Source: Candidatus Omnitrophota bacterium
Lineage (GTDB): Bacteria; Omnitrophota; Gorgyraeia; B26-G9
Direction: 5' to 3'
DNA: 64,000 nt
Assembly: GCA_018817165.1 (NCBI GenBank)
Contig: JAHITY010000114.1
Location: 81,721-145,720 of the forward strand
The notes beneath the pieces are model-generated. The model worked only from the letters and a program-made list of their open reading frames with translations. It was not told the origin of the DNA and searched no databases. Made by a program: the position numbers and the translations under genes. Below are positions 19,897 to 28,469 of this stretch, in pieces (positions within the stretch are counted from its first letter, which is position 1; the number at the start of each line of letters is the position of its first letter).

Positions 19897-20822
19897 ATGC
19901 AAATAATAAAATTTTAAATTTAAAAATCGGGGAAAGTGATACTATCGGCAGACTGGATAAATGTCTGGCTGATAAATTATCCAAAGAATTATCCCGTTCG
20001 GATATTAAAAGACTTATCGATCAAGGTAATGTTAGTTTAAATGATTTGATTGTTAAGCCAAATCATAAAATAAAACTCGGCGATCGGATTACGCTAATTT
20101 TAGAGGAAAAGGCGGCATTAGAAGGCTTGGTTGAGGCTAATATTCCGCTGGATATAATTTTTGAAGATAAGTATATTATTGTGGTTAATAAGCCAGCTGG
20201 TTTGGTTGTGCATCCTGCGGCAGGTCATTTTAGTGATACTTTGGTTAATGCTTTGATCTTTTATTGTAAGAATCTTTCTGATCTGAATGGGCCGATGAAG
20301 CTGGGGATTGTTCATCGCTTGGATAAGGATACATCAGGATTATTGATTATCGCTAAAGACAATAAAACGCATAGGCATTTGGCTAATCAATTTAAGAAAC
20401 ATACTATTGAAAAAACCTATGTAGCAATTGTTCAAGGTAGTGTTAATTATGATGAGGGTATAATTGACGCGCCTTTATCGCGCAATCTGTTTAATCGCAA
20501 GAAAATGAGTGTTTCGCATGCCAGTAGCCGGCAGGCAATTACCCGGTATAAAGTGCTTAAACGTTTCGCTAATTTAACTCTTTTGGAAGTGTATCCTCAA
20601 ACCGGTAGAACTCATCAAATTCGAGTCCATATGGCTCATCTAGGATATCCTATATTAGGGGATAGTACGTATAATAAGTCTAAAGGAATTAAAGGCTTAA
20701 TCAGTCGGCAGGCTTTACATGCTGAAAAAATTCGATTTAAACATCCGCATACAGCTAAAATGGTTGAATTTAAAGCAAAAATTCCTAATGATATGCAGAG
20801 TGTGATAAAAAGTATGAGTTAG
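19893..20822 (+). CDS. rluD: RluA/RluD-family pseudouridine synthase with S4 domain
   Basis: RLDK (S4), NKPAGLVVHP, HRLDKDTSG, TGRTHQIRVH, LHA. Confidence 0.9.
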   Translation: MNANNKILNLKIGESDTIGRLDKCLADKLSKELSRSDIKRLIDQGNVSLNDLIVKPNHKIKLGDRITLILEEKAALEGLVEANIPLDIIFEDKYIIVVNKPAGLVVHPAAGHFSDTLVNALIFYCKNLSDLNGPMKLGIVHRLDKDTSGLLIIAKDNKTHRHLANQFKKHTIEKTYVAIVQGSVNYDEGIIDAPLSRNLFNRKKMSVSHASSRQAITRYKVLKRFANLTLLEVYPQTGRTHQIRVHMAHLGYPILGDSTYNKSKGIKGLISRQALHAEKIRFKHPHTAKMVEFKAKIPNDMQSVIKSMS

Positions 20823-20879
20823 CGCAGGATCTAATTGGTTTTTTTGCAAAAACAGGATTTATATAGTTTATCAAAGTTA

Positions 20880-20908
20880 TTGCAATAAAAAGCTTTAGAT
20901 GATATACT
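20880..20908 (+). promoter_or_regulatory. Sigma-70 promoter of the cheC-comFB-cheR operon
   Basis: TTGCAA-17 nt-TATACT with extended TGn. Confidence 0.55.
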
Positions 20909-20936
20909 AATATTCTAAGTAGTTTAAGGGGGAACT

Positions 20937-21596
20937 ATGAAGAAAATCATAACTGAGCATGATATAATTACGGAAGTAGGCAGTATTTGCGCTTGTAATT
21001 CTACCCATGTTTTTTCTCAAATGATTAACCGTTCTCTCCAACTTGAGTCTCCAGTCCTTCAAGTCGTAAAATTTAAAGATGTAGATAATATTTTAAAAAG
21101 TAAAGATAATATTGTTATTGGGGTGCATTGTCAGATATTGTCCGGGGTTTTAGGACAAGTTTCTTTATTGTTTAAAGAAAAAAGCGCTTTTGAATTTGTC
21201 TCAATTTTTGCCGCAAAAGGAAAACAATCAGCTGGTTTTTTAACTCAATTAGGAGTTTCGACAATTAAAGAAATCGGTAATGTGGTTATTTCCGCTTATT
21301 CCGGAGCAATGAGTTTGCTGATGGATGTGTCGGTTATTCCTTCAATCCCAGTATTGTCCAGCGGACCTTTAAAAGATGTTATAAAATTCGGGATGATGAA
21401 TCTAAACGAAGAAGGAAAAGTTTATGTGCATACAATGACTTTTCGCGATGAACAGCGAAAAATAAACGGGTCATTTTATTTAGTGCTTGAACCGGAAACA
21501 GTTAAAAAAATAGTGGCGATGATGCGCAAGCAGCTGACTAATTTAAATAATCCAAAGCGAAAAATTGATGGGGCAAAAAAATATGAAAGCGCATAA
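20937..21596 (+). CDS. cheC: CheC-family phosphatase
   Basis: Two pseudo-repeats; first site EVGS (degenerate ExxN), second site TIKEIGN..SAY intact; PSIP. Confidence 0.82.
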   Translation: MKKIITEHDIITEVGSICACNSTHVFSQMINRSLQLESPVLQVVKFKDVDNILKSKDNIVIGVHCQILSGVLGQVSLLFKEKSAFEFVSIFAAKGKQSAGFLTQLGVSTIKEIGNVVISAYSGAMSLLMDVSVIPSIPVLSSGPLKDVIKFGMMNLNEEGKVYVHTMTFRDEQRKINGSFYLVLEPETVKKIVAMMRKQLTNLNNPKRKIDGAKKYESA

Positions 21597-21846
21597 TATA
21601 ATGGAAGATATTGTAGAAGAATATCTTAAAGAAATAATTTCTGCTGACAATAAAGTGTGTAATTGTGAGCTTTGCCATGATAAAATGTTTGCTGAAATTT
21701 TGAGTAATATCCCGGCTAAATATGTTACTTCAGAAACCGGGGCAATGTATGCTGTGATCGAACAGGTTCGTGTTGAGCAATCATCAGTTATTTTAAAAGA
21801 ATTAGTTAAAGCGATGAAAAATTTAAAGCCGCATCCTAAGGCATAA
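21583..21846 (+). CDS. ComFB-family protein (stand-alone)
   Basis: NIMEDIV...CNCELC...IPAKYV...PHP matches the ComFB pattern; ATG 21583 aligns with the paralog start. Confidence 0.75.
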   Translation: MKAHNIMEDIVEEYLKEIISADNKVCNCELCHDKMFAEILSNIPAKYVTSETGAMYAVIEQVRVEQSSVILKELVKAMKNLKPHPKA

Positions 21847-21881
21847 TTTATTTTTTAATAATATAAATGGAGTGTTTTTAA

Positions 21882-22982
21882 ATGAAAGCATGCAATATCA
21901 TGGAGGATATTACAAAGAAGTATCTTGATGAGATGCTGTCTATGCGTTTTGACATATGCACTTGTGATATTTGCAAGCAAGATATTATTGCTTTTGCTTT
22001 AACTCGGATCCCTCCTAAATATGTTACTGCTGAGTCTGCTTTCATGGATACTTTAATTGAACAAGCCCGCACAGAAAATTCTCAGCTGATATTAAAAGAA
22101 CTGGTTATGGCAATCCGAACAATAACGGCAAATCCGAAACATGAAGAAGGGCAGGATCGGGATAAAGCGTATCATTTGTTAATGAAGCAGATTAAAGATG
22201 ACCGGGGTGTGGATTTTTCTCATTATCGCGATCGAGTTTTAAAACGGAGGATTGCTTTGCGGATGCGGGCGAGAAATGTGCAAACATATTCTGAATACCT
22301 CCAGGTATTAATTCATAGCCCTGAAGAGTATGAGGATTTATTTGATGTTTTAACGATTAATGTTTCTGCGTTTTTTCGGGATAAGGTCGTGTGGGATAAG
22401 CTAAAACGAGATGTTTTTCCCGCGCTTATCGCTAAGAAATTAAAAGAGCATGGATTGCGGAGAATAAGGGTCTGGAGTGCTGGGTGTTCGCATGGAGAAG
22501 AGCCATATTCATTAGCGATTATGCTTTATGAATTGACAGAAAAAATGCCGGAAAAAATAAAAATAGAAATTTATGGCAGTGATATTGATCGAGAGTGTTT
22601 AAAACAAGCAATGCTTGGTCAATATGATAGTGAAAGTGTTAAAGGTCTAAGTGCTTATCAGTTGCGGCGGTTTTTTATTCCGGTTGGTGATAAATATCAG
22701 ATTGTTCCGCATGTAAAGGAGCTTGTTCAGTTTAAAAAACGGAATCTGATTCATGATCCGGCTTTTCCGGGCGTAGATATGGTTACTTGCCGCAATGTAT
22801 TTATCTATTTTAACCGCAGTTTGCAAGAGCATCTTATCATGAAATATCATGGGGCTTTAAATGATGAAGGTTATTTTGTTATGGGTACATCAGAAAATCT
22901 TTTGGGTGAAGCCAGACAGGTTTTTAGCGGAGTAGACAGCAGTTATCGAATTTATCAAAAAATCCCAATGAAACGGTATTGA
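21882..22982 (+). CDS. ComFB domain fused to CheR-type protein methyltransferase
   Basis: aa 1-88 NIMED...CTCDIC.QD..AFALTRIPPKYV...NPKH; then CheR motifs TINVSAFFRD, WSAGCSHGEEPYS, GSDID, CRNVFIYF, GTSE. Confidence 0.88.
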   Translation: MKACNIMEDITKKYLDEMLSMRFDICTCDICKQDIIAFALTRIPPKYVTAESAFMDTLIEQARTENSQLILKELVMAIRTITANPKHEEGQDRDKAYHLLMKQIKDDRGVDFSHYRDRVLKRRIALRMRARNVQTYSEYLQVLIHSPEEYEDLFDVLTINVSAFFRDKVVWDKLKRDVFPALIAKKLKEHGLRRIRVWSAGCSHGEEPYSLAIMLYELTEKMPEKIKIEIYGSDIDRECLKQAMLGQYDSESVKGLSAYQLRRFFIPVGDKYQIVPHVKELVQFKKRNLIHDPAFPGVDMVTCRNVFIYFNRSLQEHLIMKYHGALNDEGYFVMGTSENLLGEARQVFSGVDSSYRIYQKIPMKRY

Positions 22983-23038
22983 GCAATATTTCATTCCTTG
23001 AATTTTTTATCTGCGTATATTAATCAAAAAAAGCACAT

Positions 23039-23089
23039 AATGTCTATAAAAATAAACAGTTGGTCTGTTTGTTTTTATAGACATTTTTT
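23039..23089 (+). terminator. Long inverted repeat, probable terminator after the cheR fusion
   Basis: aatgtctataaaaataaacag / ctgtttgtttttatagacatt followed by a T-run. Confidence 0.6.
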
Positions 23090-23143
23090 ACATTTAAATT
23101 GTAAATTGAACATTTTCAATGCTTTAGTGCGTTTATCTTTTTA

Positions 23144-23159
23144 TGGCATATAAAGTGCT
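23144..23159 (+). promoter_or_regulatory. Sigma-54 (-24/-12) promoter candidate
   Basis: TGGCATATAAAGTGCT has exact GG-N10-GC spacing and ends 26 nt upstream of ATG 23186. Confidence 0.6.
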
Positions 23160-23185
23160 AATAATTTGTCCTAGGTGGTGATAAA

Positions 23186-23647
23186 ATGATTATCAGGCAG
23201 GCTAAGTTGTTGGATGCTGATTCAATTGGGCAGCTTATTTACGAGTTTTATGAGGAAAGTTTATCAGCATATGATCTTGGTTTTGAATCAGATGCGGTAA
23301 AGCAGACAATCAAGCAAATAATAAGCAGTAATATTGCTTTTGTCAGTGAAGAATCTGAGCGAATTAGCGGAGTGATTGCCGGGGTGATTAATTCATCAAT
23401 TTTTGACTATCGCCAGACAGTGGCTTATGAGCTGATCTGGTTTGTTAGTAAGCCTTATCGCCGGGGCAGGGCGGGTATGATGTTGCTGAAAAAATTTGAA
23501 CAGCATTGTGAAAATATGGGCGCATCTAAAATTGTTATGAAACATATGGAAAATCTTAATGCATCTGATATGAATCAGCTTTATGAAAGAAAAAAATATA
23601 AACTCATGGAGCTGGAGTATATAAAGAATATTAAGGTTGCAGTTTAA
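23186..23647 (+). CDS. GNAT-family acetyltransferase
   Basis: MIIRQA start, WFVSKPYRRGRAG acetyl-CoA loop, LYERKKYK; AGGTGG RBS. Confidence 0.8.
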   Translation: MIIRQAKLLDADSIGQLIYEFYEESLSAYDLGFESDAVKQTIKQIISSNIAFVSEESERISGVIAGVINSSIFDYRQTVAYELIWFVSKPYRRGRAGMMLLKKFEQHCENMGASKIVMKHMENLNASDMNQLYERKKYKLMELEYIKNIKVAV

Positions 23648-23719
23648 TGGCGTTCAGCGTTTAGAAAAAAAGTGGTATCCTGAAATAGGTTGACAAAGAA
23701 GAAGATAATTTTATAAATC

Positions 23720-23881
23720 GTAGGGGAGGGCCTTGCGTCCTCCCGGATATTAATATTATTATTGTAATTGTTGATGATAAAAATACCATGAATGTGGTTA
23801 GGCAGAATAATGTATTTGTTCAATTCAATATCAGCATTGATTGTGTATATTATTGCGGGCCGACGCAAGGTCTGCCCCTAC
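23720..23881. mobile_element. REPIN-like doublet (GTAG REP pair) enclosing decayed RAYT/TnpA-REP coding sequence
   Basis: gtaggggagggccttgcgtcctccc ... gggccgacgcaaggtctgcccctac; minus strand reads IELNKYIILPNHIHGIFII (HUH motif). Confidence 0.75.
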
Positions 23882-23928
23882 GTTGTGTCTTTGTGACCTT
23901 GTGTCTTGTGACTTGTGAATTATTTGGT

Positions 23929-23957
23929 TTGACAAAATTAGCGAGATTGATTATATT
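23929..23957 (+). promoter_or_regulatory. Sigma-70 promoter candidate
   Basis: TTGACA-17 nt-TATATT upstream of 24045. Confidence 0.5.
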
Positions 23958-24044
23958 TATAATCAAGGGATTGTTTAGATCTGAACATTTGAAGTTTTAG
24001 CTGGATTTTACAAGTTTGTTTTTTAACCAGGGAGCGATAAGTTT

Positions 24045-24740
24045 ATGGCTGCAAATAAAAGAAGGTATTCACGCTTAGATTCTGTGATAAATGGCACATT
24101 TCTCTCCAGAGAAGATAATGCTGTTGGAGACATGATGCTGACTAATTTTAGCCGTGACGGATTTAAAGCCGCACTCAGCCGTCCGATAGTTCCCGGGAGA
24201 ATTATCCAGTTTCAAATGAGATATCCTAATCAGACAATGCCTATTTTTGCCACAGGTAAAGTAATGTGGGTTAAATCAAAAAATCAGGATTTAACGTATG
24301 GTTTTGACGCGGGGATACATCTTATTGAGCCAGACGCGATAATTCGTCAAAAAGCCAGTGAATATGATTTTGATAATTGGCATATCAAACAAGTTGCTGA
24401 CTTTGCCAAGCAAAGAGGTTATCTGGCTAAGCATTTTCCTGATCAGGTTTTTAAATTATCCTGTTTTGTGCCCAGCGCCTTATTAATATATTTTATTTTA
24501 GGAGCCATTGTTTCTTTTTTGAATGTAAATATGGCTTTAATATACTCCGCGAGTATTATGGCTTATTTTTTATCAATTTTTGTCACAACTGCAATTTGGC
24601 TATTAACTGAAAAGAGCCATAAAACATTGATTGAAAAAATATCAGTGATTTTTCCAGTTAGTGCTGCGCGGATTTCTGCACATATAAGCTACGGTGTATT
24701 TTTCTTGCGTGGTTTATTCTCAAAAAAGGAATATAACTAG
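24045..24740 (+). CDS. PilZ domain fused to a C-terminal multi-TM segment
   Basis: KRRYSR (RxxxR), NFSRDG, GKVMW, AGIHL; then three hydrophobic segments. Confidence 0.75.
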   Translation: MAANKRRYSRLDSVINGTFLSREDNAVGDMMLTNFSRDGFKAALSRPIVPGRIIQFQMRYPNQTMPIFATGKVMWVKSKNQDLTYGFDAGIHLIEPDAIIRQKASEYDFDNWHIKQVADFAKQRGYLAKHFPDQVFKLSCFVPSALLIYFILGAIVSFLNVNMALIYSASIMAYFLSIFVTTAIWLLTEKSHKTLIEKISVIFPVSAARISAHISYGVFFLRGLFSKKEYN

Positions 24741-24914
24741 TCTAATATCCGCTTAAGCCCATAATAAGAGTTGTGCTTGTTAAACAATCTTAAACAACAT
24801 ATTGTCTATTTATTTAGACGGATTCAATTATTTTTTAATACGCTATTATCTTTATAAAACTATTTGTTATAAGCTATTAAAGGAGTTAGAGCAATTAAAA
24901 AAAATAAATTCGAT

Positions 24915-24930
24915 TGGCATGAATAATGCT
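24915..24930 (+). promoter_or_regulatory. Sigma-54 (-24/-12) promoter candidate
   Basis: TGGCATGAATAATGCT, exact GG-N10-GC spacing, upstream of 25011. Confidence 0.55.
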
Positions 24931-25010
24931 TTATTTAATAAGAGGATAAAATTTATATTTATACATCTGAGAAGTTTTGCAGAGATGTTTATTTTATTTA
25001 GGGGCTATCA

Positions 25011-25235
25011 GTGATAGAGTATAATAAATACAAAGAGGCGGTTATTTACGCTGGTTTGGAAGAATATCCTGTTTTAATTGATACCCAGACTGATAGAGTT
25101 GTTGAAGCTTATGTCAGGGGCAAGTGGATAAGCACTAAGTATTATACAATTTGGCAGGAATATTATGATGCGCAGAAATCTTATCGTGAAGAAAAGATTA
25201 AATCACGCAGAGGGCATATTAAAAAATCAGTATAG
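25011..25235 (+). CDS. Small hypothetical protein (74 aa)
   Basis: GTG start with AGGGG RBS, upstream sigma-54-like motif, downstream terminator. Confidence 0.6.
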   Translation: MIEYNKYKEAVIYAGLEEYPVLIDTQTDRVVEAYVRGKWISTKYYTIWQEYYDAQKSYREEKIKSRRGHIKKSV

Positions 25236-25256
25236 AATTAGATTATTGTAATTTCC

Positions 25257-25320
25257 GTACACTGTTTCAGTGTACAAGGGATAGCGGAATTGTCACCCCC
25301 TGACAAGCTATCCCTTTTTT
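25257..25320 (+). terminator. Double hairpin ending in an intrinsic terminator
   Basis: gtacactg-ttt-cagtgtac then aagggatagc..ttgtca-ccccc-tgacaa-gctatccctt + T-run. Confidence 0.7.
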
Positions 25321-25391
25321 AATAATTAAAACAGTTAGCGATTTACCCCTTCGACTTCGCTCAGGGCAATACACTTTTGCCCTTATTTGTT

Positions 25392-25420
25392 TTGACATTT
25401 AAAAATTTAATTGATATATT
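25392..25420 (+). promoter_or_regulatory. Sigma-70 promoter candidate
   Basis: TTGACA-17 nt-TATATT with extended TGn. Confidence 0.55.
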
Positions 25421-25495
25421 ATATGAAACTCCCACGGACGGCGATTAGGCTGTGGGAATTTTTATTCTCAAATTTTATTCAATTGAGTTTAAATT

Positions 25496-26830
25496 ATGGA
25501 GGAAAGAATGATTGCAAAAGTAGTAAACTTTTTTAAAACTGATATATGGCGGATTCGCACCAAAAATCTTTCGAAAACAAAATCAATTTTATTGAAACCC
25601 CTGATGATCATTGTTCTGGCATTGCGCAGTTTTGACGAGGATAAATGTCAGCTAAGAGCTTCAGCGCTTACGTTTTATTCCCTGATTTCTATTGTGCCGG
25701 TAGTGGCCATGGCTTTTGGCATTGCTAAAGGCTTTGGCTATGAACAGAAATTACAAGGCGTGATCTATGAAAAAATGGCAGGGCAGAAGGAAGTAGCGGA
25801 ATATATAGTTAATTTTGCTCAGTCTTTTTTAGAGAATACTAAAGGCGGAATTGTTGCTGGAATTGGAGTTGCTATACTGTTTTGGACAGTTATTAAAGTT
25901 TTGGGCAATATAGAAAAATCGTTTAATGATATTTGGGGGATAAAAATTTCTAGAAGCATTGGCAGGAAATTTAGTGATTACCTTTCGATTATGTTGATAT
26001 GCCCGATATTGCTGATTATTTCCAGTGGATTAACCGTGTTTATCGCAACTCAGGTTAAATTGATAGTAGCGAAAATATCGCTTTTAGGGGTATTGAGTCC
26101 GCTTATTATGTTTTCGCTTAATCTGCTCCCTTTTGTTCTGGTCTGGATTCTTTTTTCCTTCATATATATATTTATGCCTAATACTAAAGTTTATTTTAAA
26201 TCCGGGCTTGTCGGAGGGATTTTAGCCGGAACTTTATATCAGGTTATTCAGTGGGTTTATTTTACTTTTCAGGTTGGGGTGACAAAATACAATCAAGTAT
26301 ACGGAAGTTTTGCGGCATTGCCTCTATTCTTAGTCTGGATGCAGATCAGCTGGCTGATTGTTTTGTTTGGCGCTGAGATCTCTTTTGCCCGTCAGAATCT
26401 GGAGACTTATGAATTTGAGCCGGATTGCTTAAATGTCAGCTATAGCTATAAACAAATGCTGACAATTAATATTGTGCGTTTGATTTTTAACAGTTTTACT
26501 GTTGGCGGTAAAGTTTGGACTGCTGCCGCCATATCGCATGAGTTAGAAATACCAATCCGCTTAATCCGGCAGATACTGTTTGAATTAGTCGAAGCCGGTG
26601 TATTGATTGAAACAAAAGAATTGGCTGGCGCGGGAATCGGTTATCAGCCAGCGCATTCTCCGGAAAATCTAACGATCAAAGATATCATTTATAAATTAGA
26701 GCATAAGGGTACGGATGATATTCCTGTTACACAGAACAGTGCTTTTAAAGCAATCAAAGAGTCATTGTCAGCCATGGATAAGACTCTGAGCAAGTCCGCG
26801 GCTAATTTGAAGATAAACGAGATAAAATGA
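25496..26830 (+). CDS. YihY/BrkB-family membrane protein with C-terminal winged-HTH-like region
   Basis: ASALTFYSLISIVP, IEKSFNDIW, YGSFAALP, W.I.LFGAE; C-terminal ELEIPIRLIRQILFEL. Confidence 0.88.
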   Translation: MEERMIAKVVNFFKTDIWRIRTKNLSKTKSILLKPLMIIVLALRSFDEDKCQLRASALTFYSLISIVPVVAMAFGIAKGFGYEQKLQGVIYEKMAGQKEVAEYIVNFAQSFLENTKGGIVAGIGVAILFWTVIKVLGNIEKSFNDIWGIKISRSIGRKFSDYLSIMLICPILLIISSGLTVFIATQVKLIVAKISLLGVLSPLIMFSLNLLPFVLVWILFSFIYIFMPNTKVYFKSGLVGGILAGTLYQVIQWVYFTFQVGVTKYNQVYGSFAALPLFLVWMQISWLIVLFGAEISFARQNLETYEFEPDCLNVSYSYKQMLTINIVRLIFNSFTVGGKVWTAAAISHELEIPIRLIRQILFELVEAGVLIETKELAGAGIGYQPAHSPENLTIKDIIYKLEHKGTDDIPVTQNSAFKAIKESLSAMDKTLSKSAANLKINEIK

Positions 26831-26852
26831 ATTTAATAGAAAGGGGTAGGGG

Positions 26853-27269
26853 ATGAAGCAAAAATTATTTTTATTGGGATTAGCTGCTATTTTGGTTATC
26901 AGTGGGTGTTCTAAAAAAGCCGATGATTCTATGGCTAAAGAGCCGGAAACTAAAATGCCGGCAATGGAACAAAAGCTTGTGGCGGCTAAACAGGTAATGG
27001 CGGAGACTGGCAAGCAAGCGATTGCTTTTGCTGAGAAACTAAAAACTGTTGCTGAGAAAAAAGAGTATTTAATTGCTCAGGCAGAAGCTTTTTATGCATC
27101 CAAGAAATTTGAGCAAGTTAGCGAGGTCGGGCAATACGTTCTGCAGTATCTGGACAAAGACTCGGCAGCGGCAAAAGATTTGCTGGAAAAAGCAAAAGCT
27201 CAAGTACAGGCGCAAGCCCAAAAAGCTGTGGGAGATGTTAAGCAAGCCTTAGGCGGTTTAAATAATTAG
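26853..27269 (+). CDS. Hypothetical lipoprotein
   Basis: Lipobox LVISGC, Ala/Lys/Gln-rich helical body. Confidence 0.75.
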   Translation: MKQKLFLLGLAAILVISGCSKKADDSMAKEPETKMPAMEQKLVAAKQVMAETGKQAIAFAEKLKTVAEKKEYLIAQAEAFYASKKFEQVSEVGQYVLQYLDKDSAAAKDLLEKAKAQVQAQAQKAVGDVKQALGGLNN

Positions 27270-27352
27270 CTGTTAAGCAGAAATGAGTATTAATAAAAGT
27301 AACTGATTGCGGCTCAAAATAATAATTTAATTTTAAGAAGGATGGATGACAG

Positions 27353-28168
27353 ATGGAAGATATAATTTTAAAAATAAAAGGATATGTTTTGCTTTATGGG
27401 ATAAAAGTTATTGCGGCAATTCTGATTTTTGTAATTGGAAAGTTTGTAGCCCATATTTTAACCGGGATATTGAGAAAAATAATGCTCAAAGCTAAGGTTG
27501 AAGAAACTCTGGTCACCTTTGTGCATAATATTGCTTATGTCGGGGCGATGACCTTTGTCGTGATTGCCGCGATTGGTCAGCTGGGCGTGCAGACAACTTC
27601 TTTTATTGCGGTAATCGGTGCTGCTGGTCTGGCAGTTGGGCTGGCTTTGCAGGGTTCGCTTTCTAATTTTGCGGCTGGGGTTATCTTAATATTGTTCAAA
27701 CCGTTTAAAGTCGGTGATTTTATTATCGCCGGAGGCGAAAAAGGTACAGTAAAAGAGATTCAGATTTTTAACACAATTCTCGCTCATCCGGATAATCGGA
27801 AAATTGTTCTGCCTAATTCTCAGGTAACCGGGGGGACGATAACTAATTTTTCGGCAATTGATAAACGCCGAATTGATTTGATTTTTGGGATTTCTTATAC
27901 TGATGATATGAAAAAGGCGAAAGATGCCTTGGCAAAAGTCGTTGCCAGTGATAAACGGATATTAACTGATCCGGCGCCGGTGATTGCTGTTTCAGAATTA
28001 GGAGAGAGTAGTGTGAATTTAGTTTGCCGTCCATGGGTAAATCCGAGTGATTATTGGGATGTATATTTTAATCTGGTTGAGCAGGGTAAGCTTGAGCTGG
28101 AGAAAAATGGAATCACTATTCCTTTTCCTCAGCGAGATATTCATGTCTATGAGGAAAAGAAAGTCTAA
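27353..28168 (+). CDS. mscS: Small-conductance mechanosensitive channel
   Basis: GAAGLAVGLALQGSLSNFAAG, KPFKVGD, PNS, IPFPQRD. Confidence 0.93.
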   Translation: MEDIILKIKGYVLLYGIKVIAAILIFVIGKFVAHILTGILRKIMLKAKVEETLVTFVHNIAYVGAMTFVVIAAIGQLGVQTTSFIAVIGAAGLAVGLALQGSLSNFAAGVILILFKPFKVGDFIIAGGEKGTVKEIQIFNTILAHPDNRKIVLPNSQVTGGTITNFSAIDKRRIDLIFGISYTDDMKKAKDALAKVVASDKRILTDPAPVIAVSELGESSVNLVCRPWVNPSDYWDVYFNLVEQGKLELEKNGITIPFPQRDIHVYEEKKV

Positions 28169-28258
28169 TCAATCATTAAGTCTTAAGTTTTTTTGATTGA
28201 GAATATGTTTTTTCAGATCTAATTTAGATTGATTTGTAATTTAAATACTTGTGTTTTT

Positions 28259-28296
28259 AAAAAACCCGCATTATTTAAAAAAAATGCGGGTTTTTT
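28259..28296. terminator. Bidirectional intrinsic terminator
   Basis: aaaaaacccgcatt ... aatgcgggtttttt. Confidence 0.8.
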
Positions 28297-28361
28297 AATA
28301 TGTTTTTTATTCCTTAAGTCTTTCTATTGCAATAAATTATAATTATTTTACTATGGTGAAC

Positions 28362-28390
28362 TTGCAAAAATAATTTATCTCATGTATACT
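28362..28390 (+). promoter_or_regulatory. Sigma-70 promoter of the polysaccharide locus
   Basis: TTGCAA-17 nt-TATACT, 80 nt upstream of 28470. Confidence 0.55.
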
Positions 28391-28469
28391 TAATCAACCA
28401 CTTTTAATAAGTGTATTTAAAAGTTAGTTTTTTGGTTAAGGATTTGAGTTAAAAATAGGGGACAAAAAA

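Noticed and set aside
20937-22982. Conventional chemotaxis operon
   Set aside because: No cheA, cheW, cheB, cheD or MCP gene nearby; the unit has its own promoter and terminator
23644-24000. ORFs 23644-23868(-) and 23788-24000(+) as real genes
   Set aside because: They are translations of REP/RAYT-remnant and tandem-repeat DNA
24802-25014. 70-aa ORF
   Set aside because: TTG start without RBS, very AT-rich, and it overlaps the sigma-54-like promoter of the next gene
28169-28469. c-di-GMP riboswitch or ops/JUMPstart element upstream of the polysaccharide locus
   Set aside because: No GEMM-like or GGCGGTAG motif is visible; only a terminator and a sigma-70 promoter
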